Shown here in pieces: positions 27,128-40,149 of a stretch of 64,000 nucleotides of DNA (within the stretch, counting starts at the first letter, position 1; each line of letters opens with the position of its first letter). The notes beneath the pieces are model-generated. The model did no database searches, had not been told where the DNA came from, and was given only the letters and a program-made list of their open reading frames with translations. This stretch comes from Mytilus edulis (taxonomy: Eukaryota), in contig NC_092353.1 in the NCBI RefSeq assembly GCF_963676685.1, positions 27,590,001 through 27,654,000 of the forward strand, given 5' to 3'. The position numbers and the translations under genes are program-made.

Positions 27128-27609
27128 TGTGGCGAAATCAGACTAACACGGAATCCTTGTTATATCTTTAATCCAATAACTAACAGTTATTTACAGTATG
27201 TACAGTTTGTAAAAGTTAATAAATACCACATTGGAATAATCCGTCTTTTTCTTTCTAGTTCAAGACAACTGATAATACTTCTATACTTCTGTTACTACTA
27301 TTTTTACAATGACAATTATCCATAAAAACCCTTATCTTCTATACTAAAATCATAAGAACATTCTAAATCTAGAACAAATTATAATTAACTAGACTAAGAA
27401 AAATGATAAATATTCTATTTTTAGTAAAAGGGGTAAATTCCGGAAGTTGTCAACACTTTCTTGAGCATAAATATACACAAGTACTTTCACTATCCATCTA
27501 GAATATTCTAGAATGATTCATTTACTATAATTAAAATAACAATGTAATTTTATATACACAATGTCAAAATAAAAGTCCAATGTCTTTATAATTGCGTACT
27601 TTCGCAACA
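27128..27609 (-). repeat. 5' LTR of outer BEL element
   Basis: Direct repeat of 13490-13962, followed by TSD tccat. Confidence 0.95.
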
Positions 27610-27689
27610 TCCATCACAACGTTCTTAAAGGAACTAATATTACGGTAGGTATATTGTCCGGATAAATAACAAATCCATAGTTTCGAAAC

Positions 27690-28110
27690 ATTCCTGATGA
27701 CTTTTTATGAAAGTTTAGAAACAGTTGTAAAATTGCTCTTAGCAAATGATGCTTTTCATAAATAGTATTAAAATATTGTTGACAATTTGGTCAAAATAAT
27801 GCAATATTGTTTTCTTTACATTCGTTTGAATTATCTACAAAAAGATGATATATGGTATACTACACCTATTGGCAAAATTAAACGCATTAATAAAATTATT
27901 GGGAGCTTGAAAAAATGTAATGTGAGTATAATCCTGAATGTGATGTACCAAAACGAAAAGCTTCAACGGATTTTAACGTACTATTTCAAATGCAACAGTA
28001 CGTAGGAAAACATTACACAAAGTTTCAACCTTATACGAGTGGAGTTTTGTTTTGTTTCACTCCGAAAGGCAATGCTTAAAAGAGAAGCAGTATTTTTTTT
28101 AATTCCTTGG
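27690..28110 (+). repeat. Low-copy local paralogous segment (other copies ~6780-7250, ~29250-29600, ~56770-57040 inverted; continuation at 12708-12850)
   Basis: Shared gatgatatatgg...cctattggcaaaattaaacgc...aatgtaatgtga.tat.atcctgaatgt...ggattttaacgt. Confidence 0.8.
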
Positions 28111-31100
28111 TTTTACTTGAAATCATCGATTCTACACCTTCTCAAGCTGGAGATAGTATGGTACCACGAAACAACCAATTTTGTCTTTGAATGGACAACT
28201 GACAATACAATCCAAACAAAATGTACACCAAAGATTTCGGAATGATATTTTTCTTGATTAATTGAATGGAACAAAACGTTCACTGTTATCCCAAAAATGA
28301 AAGGATATTTGCTAATTGTTTTATTTTCCGCGGCAGCAATCATAAGAACTTTTCTAAAAGAATATCAAATTCCAGACAAACCTTGCATGGTTTACAAATA
28401 GTGGAGTACTACGATTTTTTTTCGAACTTAAAAAAAAAAAGGATTATAAGGAAAAGTTTTCTTATGAGTTTGACATAATCATTTACCATCTTTATGAACA
28501 GCATTCGTTATATATACATGTAAACAACTTTCAACTGGAAGTCTGCGTTTTTATAGGTACTATTGAGTCGTACGGTTACGTTGAACGTACGAAACCAAAG
28601 AATCATGATAGTAAACTGAAGTCTATTCTTTAGTTTACAATCCTCATCGTTCGTTTTGTTTGCGATGTACTTCCAATGACAAAATACATCTTCTGTGACC
28701 AGACTTGTCCTGGTGTCAACTTATAAACAGGAGATAATGCTTGAGTACACGATCAAAATATTCATACACATAACCGTCTGTGGGACAAATGTACAAGGTC
28801 GATATGCATAAAACAATTGAAGTTAAGATTTGTTCAAACGGACCGATTTTTTTTCTAAATGTCTAACGATAAATTAGAACTAAGATTGGATTTTTTTTTA
28901 ACTTATTTTGTTTAATGCATACAGGCCTCAGTATAGTTAGCCAAGTTATGGAGGTGTCCCTTAAACTTTCAATATAAAAAAACTTTACTCCAAAGATTTT
29001 TTTTGTTTATAAGTATTTTGGTAAATGACATTAACATTTTATGTATAAGCAGCTCTCTTAAGAACTGGGTATTTTGTCGTCTCGGACTTGTATTGATTTA
29101 GATATACATACACATTTTATTATAATTCAATATGTAATTCACTAGTTTCTCATTGTTCAGTGAATTTAATGGTGAACTTATGTCATCAGGTAAAAGTAGT
29201 GAGAGTTTGTTAAAAAGCTTGATTAATTTAGCAAATCATTAGTGTAGACATATTCCTGATGACTTGTATAAAAGTTTAAAAAAAAATAATAGGCGCATTG
29301 CTTTACAAATTTATTATCAAATGTCGTATTTGATAAATGATAAATAAAAAAAAGTTAACGTTGACACAATTTTGTTTAAAGGATTTTTTATTGTTTTCTT
29401 TGCGTTCGTATGATTTTTTTTCAAATAGGTATATGGATGGTGTTTTATGCTTATTTTCAAATATTTTAGAATACATCGGGACGAGAGCTTCTTAATGTAA
29501 TATGAATATTGTCAATGTTTTGTACTGGAACAAAAAGCTTCACTGGATTGTTAACGTATTTTTCAAAAGCAACATTCATTATAACGAAGGGGACTCGTGT
29601 TACCATGCTCTAACCTTATTCTGACATTTTAATTCTAACTCTAGCATCTCTAGGGACAGCTGGATAAACATGTGCGCCAGCATCAACCCCCGCTTGAGCT
29701 TCGACAAATGTTGCATCAGGAATGGCAAATAATTCCACACAACAACATTAGGACATTGATAGCATCCATCGAAAGAATTGACTGTCCTCACCTTTCTAGT
29801 GAATATCTTTATTAGATATTCATTTTAAATACATGTAGAAAAAAAATCATAAAAAGATATTCGCTAACAATTAGGAAAACAGAAATTATTAAAATACTGG
29901 CAAAATTGCGTGATATATGGTGCTAACTCCTCCATCAGAAATTATTTTTGTGATGTTGTGTACATTAGCTTTCCTTATTCTCGGCATCCTGTCAAATAGT
30001 TTATGAAAATAAAAAAATGAATTATACATTTTGTACCTATAGTTTAAGATTAAAAACTATACCATATGGACAATTTCTGCTACTGACGATAAACTAAGAG
30101 AAAAAAAATTAAATATCCAAAAAGCCAGAAATAGATTTAAAACACTATAATCAATGAAAAAAAAAGAAATGGTATATAAACGTTAAATTAAGTGAATGAA
30201 TATTGGGGGATTTTTTTTACGGTGTTCAGTAAATAAAGTGTGAATATGCTTTTTAGAAGAAATAGGTTAGAATTTGTTTTATAAAATTTTCTGTATCAAC
30301 ACAACTTTCATATTTATTCAACTGCTATAAATGCAAAAGTAATATAAATTCAAACCAAAACCAAAACAAGCTGTCTTAAATATTGTAAATTCAGAAATTA
30401 TTTCTAGTTGCAAATTTTGAAAAATGGACAAAATTCAGAAAAAAATTCTCCACATAATGATGTCATGTATCAGAATGCGATATTCACCAAGTCTAATTAT
30501 TTGCATTAATAAAAACGTCACGATAATTTCTATGAAACTCTCAAAGTTTCCTATAGCCTTAAATGTGGTTAAAAAACTTTCTGAAATAGTTGTATGCAGA
30601 TACATATGGGAAATTTACATAATTACATCCTGAATTTTTTACAGAGACCTAGCTAGACCTATTTTGATGGCAGTGTATAACTTTATAAACCAGCAAAATG
30701 CAAGGATCACAAGATACATTTTAAGTTAACAAACATCAAAGAAAGACCACGTGTTTGTCTGCTGTGCTTGAATTATTAACCAACCAAGCTGCTTCATGTT
30801 CACAAATGTTTGCCAAGTTTAACATGTCTGTATACGAAATAAGTTTTATAAAAAAAATTAACTTGGTGTTATTACTTGTGTATAAATGGTGTTTTGATGA
30901 AGACAACATTGATTTTTATCGTAAACAAATTAATACATAATAATATACCAGTGATATACACATCTACCACATCCTACTTTTGTAACGATGGAGCCACTTA
31001 TATAACAACAAATGTCATTTGATAAGCTACCAACCAAAGAACAATGAATCATTTGCACATTCATAATTGGAAACGCAATTTTTGCAGCTTTTGTTGTAAA

Positions 31101-31327
31101 GTGAAAATGTAATTGAAAACTGACATTTTGACATAGGAAAGAAGCTTGTTTCGAATTTTGGATGAAAAGGACATTCACAAATTACCAGCATATTATGCAT
31201 AAGCAGGTATGTGATATTTGTTTTGTAGACTTATTATTCTATGTTTCAGTTCAAGGCGTTTGCTGTCCATCTGAGAAAGTAGAGCTGTCTAGTTACCATT
31301 ACTTAGCCAGAAACTAAAGGCATTGTC

Positions 31328-31379
31328 ATGTGGATAAACATTTTGCGATTTTTGATGCTATTTCTGATAGTTTTGAAAG
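31328..31379 (+). CDS. Apextrin-like (ApeC) gene, coding exon 1 (signal-peptide-like)
   Basis: ATG MWINILRFLMLFLIVLK, then donor AG|GTAATA in phase 1, which is compatible with the next exon. Confidence 0.65.
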
Positions 31380-31851
31380 GTAATAATTGTGGTTTATAAA
31401 ATTCGTATGAAGATGAAATTTAATTTTGATTTTTGATTTATGTAGTAATTTACAAAAGAAGGATAGATGGAAGTCGGAAAACAATACATTTTGGAGCGTA
31501 CAAAAAGTCTTAAAATGTCTGACCAATGTTAACGTTTGATCGGAAATGGACATATTAGGACGTCATACTGGAAAGAGCAAAAAGTAAAATCACAAAAATA
31601 CAGAACTTAGAGGAAAATCAATTCCGAAAGTCCATAATCACATGGCAAAATCAAATAACAAAACGCATCAAAAACGAAACAAGAGACTAGATCAACATTT
31701 CGAGTCTCACTATACAAATTCTTGTTTTCATCAATGAAAAAAATAGTCAAAGAAAACAACTCGATATTACTATTTGTTCTGACAGTTTAAATGCTATATT
31801 ATTTATTGTTCAAAATTCCAAAAAATAAATTATAATCATGTTTACCGCTAG

Positions 31852-31986
31852 ATGACTTTGTTAGAAGAACAAACAGTGGAGACACAAAATTGTATTTTTG
31901 TACCAAAGAAGATCAAAGTGGTTGTTCTGGTGATTGGCCGAAAGGAAACTACTGTATAATGAGAAAAGGTTATCCATGTCCTAAAG
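31852..31986 (+). CDS. Apextrin-like (ApeC) gene, coding exon 2
   Basis: Acceptor ctag|, peptide DFVRRTNSGDTKLYFCTKEDQSGCSGDWPKGNYCIMRKGYPCPK, donor G|GTAGGT. Contains the ApeC signature FCxK...WPxGxYCI...CP. Confidence 0.88.
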
Positions 31987-32644
31987 GTAGGTTTCCATAT
32001 AACGTCAATAAACTCCAAAGAGGGTCTAGTTGTTTAAGGGCGCTAAAGCATATAATTTTTATAAACGCTTATCGTGTCCATTCTTTAAAAAAAACCCAAA
32101 CGTGTCCACATGAAACCTTAATTTTTCATTCTCTGAAAGCTCAATCGTGTCCATGTCATAACAATGCCCAGACTTGTCACCAGTTATTTTGTAATTACTT
32201 ACCGACGTCCACTCAACTTTATTACCTATATATTATTATGTTGTCTGCCCATGTGTAGTGACAACTGTAGATTATACCTTGTCTATCGAATTTTTATGAT
32301 TGAGAAATAACAGGCGTTAGAATATTTATTTAGTGTCTAGAAAATCTAACTAACAATGTTAGGGTAAGTCTGATTTTTACTTCCTCTCCGACCGGGGCTA
32401 GAACTTGTACTTTTCAATTCATACATCTATGTCAACACCGCCTAGCATTGCACAGACGGATTATCCCTGGAATTATCATCTCTAAATGATGCTATTCTAT
32501 TTTTAGAAGACTGTAAATTTATAAAACTTTTCTAATAAAATTAGAATTTGACATGGTGTCATGGTAATTCACATTATTATCCTTTACGACAGACAAATTA
32601 GCTGACATGAAAGGTACACCATCAACTTCCCACTATACATCATA

Positions 32645-33437
32645 TGCATATGTTGGCTTTAATATTGATTCACTTATAGGGTCTTTGCATCGGAATTAAA
32701 CACATTTATTCTAAAACCAGTTGTTGACATGACACGGGTTATGTTCCTTTCACATATTTTATGATAGTATAAGAGGGATTGTACTTGATATTCATACAAT
32801 GAAGACTTAATCTTTCAAGCTGGCAAGTCAGTAACTGTTAGAAGTCCTTTGTTAATTTATGTATTATTGTCATTTTGTTTAGTTTCTTTTGTTTCCTATA
32901 CACCTTATCGCTAATCCCTGCTGACCCGGCCGCTAGAACTTTTGACGCATACAACTATCACTTTTCCATTATGGCGTCAGATATCATGTTTTATGACGCC
33001 AAAATTTTACCGGAACTTGTGTGATATCTAGTATTGGCGGACAAATAGAAATAAGGTGTATTCTGTTATCGGACTTGGACTTCTCTCAGAGTTTTAATGT
33101 GCGTATTGTAGTGTTTGTTTTTATACATTGGTTAGATGTATACTAGGGGGAGGGTTGAGATCTAAAAAAACATGTATAACCCCGCCGCATTTTTGCCTCT
33201 TGCCTTTGTTAGTCTTGTATGATTTTTAATTTTAGTTTTTTGTGTATAATTCGGAGTTTAGTTTGACGTCCATTTTCACTGAACTAGTATACATATTTGT
33301 TTAGGTGACAGCTGAAGCACTCCCCCGGGTGCGGAAGTTTCTCGCTGCATTGAAGACTCATTGGTGGCCTTCGGCTGTTGCCTGCTCCATGGTCGGATTG
33401 TTGTCTTTGACAAATTCCCCATTTCTATTCTTAATTC
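32645..33437 (+). mobile_element. Penelope-like element 3' UTR fragment (intronic)
   Basis: Homologous to 36640-37305. Confidence 0.75.
32901..33058. mobile_element. TA-flanked MITE inserted in the Penelope-like fragment
   Basis: TA|CACCTTAT ... ATAAGGTG|TA. Absent from the homologous position near 36930. Confidence 0.75.
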
Positions 33438-33509
33438 TATCATGTGATATATACTAACCCTAGATAAAGCCGACGAGGAAAGACCTTGCATCTATGTTTT
33501 TAGTGTAAA

Positions 33510-33650
33510 CTAGGTTTTTCATTAGGCTAGGGGACACAAAGCAGGCGGTGTTGCAACGATGTCATAGTTGCGAGGGTTCGAATCCCGCTGAGGAAAGAAC
33601 AAATTGTAGATCTAACATTGCTGGGCTGAATTAGAGACGAATTATATATA
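33510..33650 (+). mobile_element. Probable tRNA-derived SINE; related degenerate minus-strand copies at ~32350-32480 and ~35270-35390
   Basis: B box GGTTCGAATCC preceded by ggcggtgttg, with an AT-rich tail. Confidence 0.5.
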
Positions 33651-34076
33651 ATATATAATGTAACACCTATACCACGTAACATTTATGATTGTATCAAATT
33701 AAATATAACATACAAACGTATATATCAAATTGTAAATTCCTTTAGAATTACGTTTTGAATTATACACTACGTAATATTTCTATCATTTTAAAAGTATAAA
33801 TATATGACAAATTATCATAAAGTATGAAAATAAGAAGATTTGGTAGGATGTCAACTTCTCTACAAAGACCCTTTTCAAACAGAGACCAAATGATTTAAAA
33901 AGTTTTTAACCAATAGGTCACCGTACGAATTTCAACAATGAGCAAAACCCATAGTTTTGTTACATTTTCTGGAATGTTGAAATAAGATGTAGTAAAAATT
34001 ATAGTTTTTCATCTAGATGTATGTACACGTTTTAACCGTTTTAGTAAGAAATTAATATAACTGTATATCTTAAAAG

Positions 34077-34188
34077 GATTTGTCGAAGGTTATGCCTATT
34101 GGGATAAGGAAGACTATACCAATACAGATTCAAAGAGTGACACACTCCAAGATGGCAAGTTAACATCTCGCATCATTTTTTTCCCCAG
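34077..34188 (+). CDS. Apextrin-like (ApeC) gene, coding exon 3
   Basis: Acceptor aaag|, peptide GFVEGYAYWDKEDYTNTDSKSDTLQDGKLTSRIIFFPR with a DxED motif, donor AG|GTATGA in phase 2. The 3' boundary is uncertain because an alternative GC donor lies at 34155. Confidence 0.78.
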
Positions 34189-36129
34189 GTATGATCACTT
34201 TAACATTGCGTTTAAATTGATGTGTTTGCCATTTATTTTTTTTAGGCGTCGCCAAAAATATTATTTCTCCCTTTGAAATTATTAACATTCCCTACACTCA
34301 ATTTTGAAAGACTCGGGTGCTTAATATTATTTCTCTTAACATTCAAATTTAAAAGTAAACGTTACAGAAACCTGTCGCTCCTCGCTTGACAGATAAGATG
34401 AAAAGTAGCATTCATGTGCTAAATCAATATATCACTTCTCTACATTTCAAATTTAACATAAAATGATGTTCATATTCTACATGTTAGTAGTCAATCATGT
34501 TTTAAAGATATTTTGTTTTTTTGCTGTGAAATCCTTTTTTTATGCCATGGTGATGTCTGCTTAGCTAGGAATTATCATACAGCAAACAAAGGTGTTACAA
34601 AACTAATTATTCATCTGAAAAAAGTACCTTGTAATATGTGAAATCAAATGAACAGTTTTGAATAAAAATATAAGTTAAGATTCGTGATGACAGGCATACA
34701 AATACCTATAAGAGAACTGAACTATACTGTATTTGCAAAATCAACAATTTCTTTTATTCATTTTTTCCCCAGGATATATAAAAATATGAATGATACAGTG
34801 AACAAATCTTTTTCTTTGTTTAATGCATTACACAAAACACAATTATATGCAAGTGATCGTCCCGGTCCACTTCCTTATATCCGACGAAAGGGAAATTATT
34901 TTGAAACAAAACTGCATTGTTTTATTGAAGAATGTAGAGTTTTAATTGGATCACGAAAATCCAAGATAGTGTGGGGTTCATTTAATAAAAGGGTTAACTT
35001 GAGTCTAAATTGTACCTTCTCCATTGTAACTTGATCTATCATACATCAGAGTATCTATCCTACTTTGGGTCAAGGAAGTGATAATCACATTCATTCATAC
35101 CGTCACTAAGATTTTTTACTTCAGTCAAATGGTATCCGAGAACTAAATAAAACCAATAACACCAATACAATAGAAGACGAAGTATAGCTTAAAATGACAT
35201 ATTTATTGTTGTTATATCTGATACATATATACAAACTGTTGAAGTCAACCTAGAAAATAAACCTATCAAAGTTAGGGTAGATCTGATTCTTAATTCATTT
35301 CCGACAGGGGCAGGAACCTGCAGTTTTCACTCCATACTTCTACGACAACACGGCCTAACATTTCGTAGACGCCTTATCCCTTCATCTAACTTCCAGAAAA
35401 ATAGCTTATACATTACACTTCAAAAACATAATGTATGTCTAAAAGGGTACAAAAACCCATTTTCTCACCAACTGATCAGTATATTTTTTTATCTGTTAGT
35501 ATTGCTACGCATATTTATGCGCACGTTGATTTTTCTATGCAGTGAAAACATTAATTTTCACGTTCATTTTTTTACTTTCGTACAACATATAAATCATATG
35601 AATACTAAACTATTCTGCACTTTATGTTGCAGAATATTTACTGTTATCCTGTCTTCTGCCAAGTCATTTATTTTCAGTTTTTAGCAGGCAAAGTAATTCC
35701 TGTTCAAAACCTCTCCCTCCTTTTCAACTAAAAAATCAAATGGTTGAACCCCTCAGAAATATTGTTGTTACATGTATTTAAGTATTTGGATGCAGGCATA
35801 AAGATGTATATAATCCAAGTAGACTTATAACTATTTAATGGCGACTAGCAATACACAGTATACAATGCATGTCTTATCATAGCACGTGTAACTCATTAAC
35901 ATAATGAGGTCGTGTTACTGTAGTATAAATAGATAAGGTATCTATAGCCAATACTGTTACAACATGTATGTAGATATAGGTTTTGTATTGTTGGGATGAA
36001 AAGAAATGATGTGAATAGTAAATTTGAGCTACATACTAACCTGGACCATTTTGGAAAGTACAATGCTTATTGACGTGAAGACATGTTGGACCTGTTTCTC
36101 CCTCACACAGTGGTTTTTCGTTCTAATAG

Positions 36130-37305
36130 TGTTACTTTGAATAAAGCTAATACTAACAATGACCACTGTCCTTTCCTCGCTCTTGATATCTATATCATTA
36201 ACAGGAAGCTTAATACAAAGAGATGATTCTTCATTTCCTATCGTTAATTATTTATTTTTAGATGGAGACGTTACCTTGTCACCATCTTATGGTGTTTATA
36301 TATCTCAACTTGTACGATTCGCTCGTGTATGTTACAACGTTTTATATTTTAGCGAGAGAAATTTATGTATTACTGAAAAATTATTACACCAGGGTTTTCG
36401 ATATCACAAACTAGTCAAAACATTTACTAAATTTTATCATCGGTATAAGGAAATAATTCGTAAATATAACTCAACATGCAGATATCTCATACGTTCGGGT
36501 ATTTCACATCCAATCTTTTATAGTAATATTCTTTACAAAGCACAAAAATGTCAATATTCACATCAAAAGCTTACAAAAACTTTAAACAGACTTATTAAGA
36601 AGGGATATAGTTACGATACTGTTGTCAGGTCATTAAAGATTGCATATTTTAATTTTAATATTGATTCACTTATAGGGTCTTTGCATCGGAACTAAACACA
36701 TGTATTTAAATAAAAAAACAGCAATTGGCATGGCACGGGTTATGTTCTTCTCATATATTTTATGAAAGTATGATACTAAACCCCTAACGGGAGAGATTGT
36801 GCCTGATATTCATATGATGAAGACTTAATCTTTCAATCAGTTTAATTGAGGTCTGGAGCTGGCATGTCAATTAACTGCTAGTAGTTTTGTTATTAATGTA
36901 TTATTGTCATTTTATTTATTTTCTTTTGTTACATCTTCTGACATCGGACTCGGACTTCTCTTGAACAGAACTTTAATGTGTGTATTGTTATGCGTTTACT
37001 TTTCTTCATTGGCTAGAGGTATTGGGGGAGGGTTGAGATTTCATAAACATGTTTAACACCGCCACAATTTTTGCGCCTGTCCCAAGTCAGGAGCCTCTGG
37101 CCTTTGTTAATCTTGTATGATTTTTAATTTTGATTTCTTGTGTATAATTCGGAGTTAAGTATGACGTCCATTATCACTATGCTGAAGGACGCCTACTGGT
37201 GCGGGAATTTATCGCTACATTGGAGACCCATTGGTGGCCTTCGGCTGTTATCTGCTCTATGGTCGGTTTGGCTTTGACACATTTCCCATTTCCTTTCTCA
37301 ATTGT
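36130..37305 (+). mobile_element. 5'-truncated Penelope-like retroelement (RT thumb with no C-terminal endonuclease, Naiad-like) plus 3' UTR
   Basis: RDDSSFPIVNYLFLDGDVTLSPSYGVYISQLVRFARVC...LLHQGFRYHKLVKTFTKFY. The ORF ends at 36695 with no GIY-YIG domain. Confidence 0.8.
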
Positions 37306-38054
37306 ATTGTTGTGAACTGCTAAACTGGATGGCATTGAATGTCTTACCTTTCGTTGTCTACTGTTCCAATTGTTTAGGTCAAGTAAATAGTCTCCACAAA
37401 TTACAGTATATAATTTGGCAACATAATGACAAGACACTTATTCGCACAACATGCAGGCACTCCATATCTAAAATGAACGTTATTATCCCATCTCAATGAA
37501 TTACTTTTACACTCAAAATTATTTGCTACAAGGAGTTTTACCACCAAATTCAATAAAACAAATTGGTTGCATACAGTTTTCTGCCATATTTTTTTCTCTG
37601 AACACTTTTTAACCCTGCACGGCAGAGTTCTTAATAATTTTCCACTAATTTCAAGGTAGATTCCACCTAATTTGTTTTTGATTTTTGATAAAAGAAAACT
37701 AGACTGAAATTAATTGTTTCATTTTAATAGATGTAGCCGCATAAGTTCACAACGCTTCACCAACCAAATATTGTATTTTCCAAAAATCCTAACTTTCTCC
37801 GGTGTAACCAAGGTACCATTGCAATATGTTTATGGGTTAGCATTATTTTTCTAACTAGTCTAATTTTGTCTGCATCAAACTTCTTTTAATCTGAGTTTTA
37901 CTGATACAGTTCGTGTTTTTTTTTGTCTATTCTGCATTCATTTGGTAAGAGTTATTGGATAGGGTTTAGTTTTCTTACAAAACATTTTTAATCCCACCGC
38001 ATATTTACACCTGCAACAATTCTGAAACATCTGGCCGTTGATAGTCTTGTATAT

Positions 38055-38325
38055 AGATATAGGAAGATGTGGTATGAGTGTTAATGAGACAACTCCCCAT
38101 GCAAATAACAATTCATAAAAGTAAACGATTATAGGTCAATGTAAGGCATTCAACACGGAGCCTTTGCTCACACCAAACAACAAGCTATGAAGGGCTCCAA
38201 AATCACTAGACGTGTAAAACCATTCAAACGGGAAAACCATACAAAATCTATATAAAAAAACGAGAAAAGAGAAACCCTTATAAATTACATAAACAAACGA
38301 CAACTACTGTACATCAGATTCCTGC
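38055..38325. repeat. Dispersed repeat family (gaagatgtggtatga...gagacaactc); other copies at ~33830-33950, ~39745-39790 and ~62105-62370
   Basis: Mutual similarity between the copies. Class not determined. Confidence 0.65.
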
Positions 38326-38688
38326 TAGATTTGTCTTATATGTTTGTTTTAAATTTTGGTTCATTTAAATGTTTCGGTGTGGTTTCCATTTATGCTGTAT
38401 ACGTTTTAATGTAGGGATCAGCTGAAGACATCCTCTGATGCGGGATTTTCTCGATGTGTTACAGACTCATTAGTGGCCTTCTATTTTTCTGCTCTTTGCT
38501 CGGGTTGTTGTCTCTTAACACATTCCCCGTATCAAATCTCAATTTTATTCTCAAGTCTCAGTTTATAAATACTCTTAATGTTTTTTAACGAAAAATTATA
38601 CACTTATTTGCAGGTAGCTTTATATCGGAAAACGGTTGTATTGTTTCATGATAATTATATTTTGCATGATTTTTTTTATTGTGCGCAG

Positions 38689-38935
38689 GAATTATAGTTC
38701 TACCGACATTAGCATCAACTTTCCAACGGCCAAACCATTTTATCTAGTTAGATACAGATTATTACCAGGGTTATCACCATGCCAACACATAAAAGGAATG
38801 CATTTTACAGAAACGATTGTCAAGACATATGATGAACACTACAGAGATACAAACAGAGTTTATGGTAGTCCACCGATGCATACTGGAATAACTGATCACA
38901 CCCTATACTTTTGTTATTATTACAAGAAGCTTTAA
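38689..38935 (+). CDS. Apextrin-like (ApeC) gene, last coding exon
   Basis: Poly-T acceptor gcgcag|, peptide NYSSTDISINFPTAKPFYLVRY...CQHIKGM...GSPP...LYFCYYYKKL*. The four exons total 546 nt, giving 181 aa plus stop in one open frame. Confidence 0.88.
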
Positions 38936-40149
38936 CTTTATCACACTCTGCTGAAAAATACCAAATCCATTGATTACATGCTGTGTTGTTGATAATATCG
39001 TCATATTCCAATTTGATACGTTTATATTGTTACCTAAAACTTACTACTCATATCCGCCATGACATACTGTAACCACTGAACATAGTTGGTATTATTGTAG
39101 AAACATTAATTTTCGTGGGGTTAAAATTTCGTGGTTTTGTCTCTCTGTAAGATTTCATGGGGATTTAATTTTGTGGTTTCCTTAAACTGGAAGTGGTTTT
39201 ATATGGAAGTTAAATTTTCGTAGGGGTTTTAATTTCGTGGATATATTCTTTCCACGAAATAAACGAAATAAAATCCTCCACGAAATCGATAGTCCAACTT
39301 TACAATTATATATTTTAACCATGACAATCAATGGCCCGAATTTTGCTTTGATATACTATAACCACTGAAAATAGGTGTTATATTTTAACAGACAAATCGA
39401 TATGATAACCATCGACGATTAGTTCCGTTTGATATCACAGACAATCAACTGCCCCATTTTTTCTTCACACACTATAACTACTATTACCAACAACAATCAA
39501 TGACTCCCATTGGCCTCTACATTTATTAAATAGCTGACTATATTATTTTACTGTATTACTGGATACATTTGTATTGTTACATACATATTTGTATTGCTGA
39601 TACATGCTGTAATTGATTAACTCTAACGGTAGTTTATTACTAATAGTAATGATTTTTACTTTTTATTGCTTATAATAAAATGGTTTATAACCAGTTGTTC
39701 TTTCATTAGATCATCAAAAATCGACTTCCTGCTAAATACATAAAAGAAAATGTGGTATGAGTGCCAATGAGACAACTCTCCACCAAAGTCTTAAAAAGAT
39801 AAACAATTGAAAACACTTAAACGTTCATATAATTAAGGAAACATTGGTTGGTTGTCACCTTTGATCTAGAGGGACATAACGATATCATTTATTCTTCCAA
39901 TATAAGCGACAATATTTACATTTTATAAATTTACATTTTTTTTTATAACAAAACGCTGGAAAAAGTAGTTATTTATGGTATTATTACTTTATTATTCTGT
40001 TTTAATGAAGTCAAACAGTGTCATGGCCAGCTTTGAACGGAGCTTCTTGTGGTTTCCATGCCTACCATCATTTTACGTATTGGTGTTTTTTTTTTAATTC
40101 GGAAGCTTTTTCGAATAAATTTCAAGAATATATTTTCAATTGGGTTTAA

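Larger units (their letters stand above)
13490..27609 (-). mobile_element. Full-length, decayed BEL/Pao LTR retrotransposon (outer element)
   Basis: TG...CA LTRs at 13490-13962 and 27128-27609, 5-bp TSD TCCAT (13485-89 and 27610-14), tRNA-Phe-like PBS next to the 5' LTR, and gag-PR-RT-RH-IN order on the minus strand. Confidence 0.96.

Noticed and set aside
29600-29791. Possible LINE 3'-end remnant (NSF...WNYLP)
   Set aside because: Too short and degenerate to support a call.
35502-35684. NTKLFCTLCCR peptide as the missing ApeC 'CCR' exon
   Set aside because: No suitable acceptor or phase-2 GT donor (TGCAG is followed by AA). Probably coincidental.
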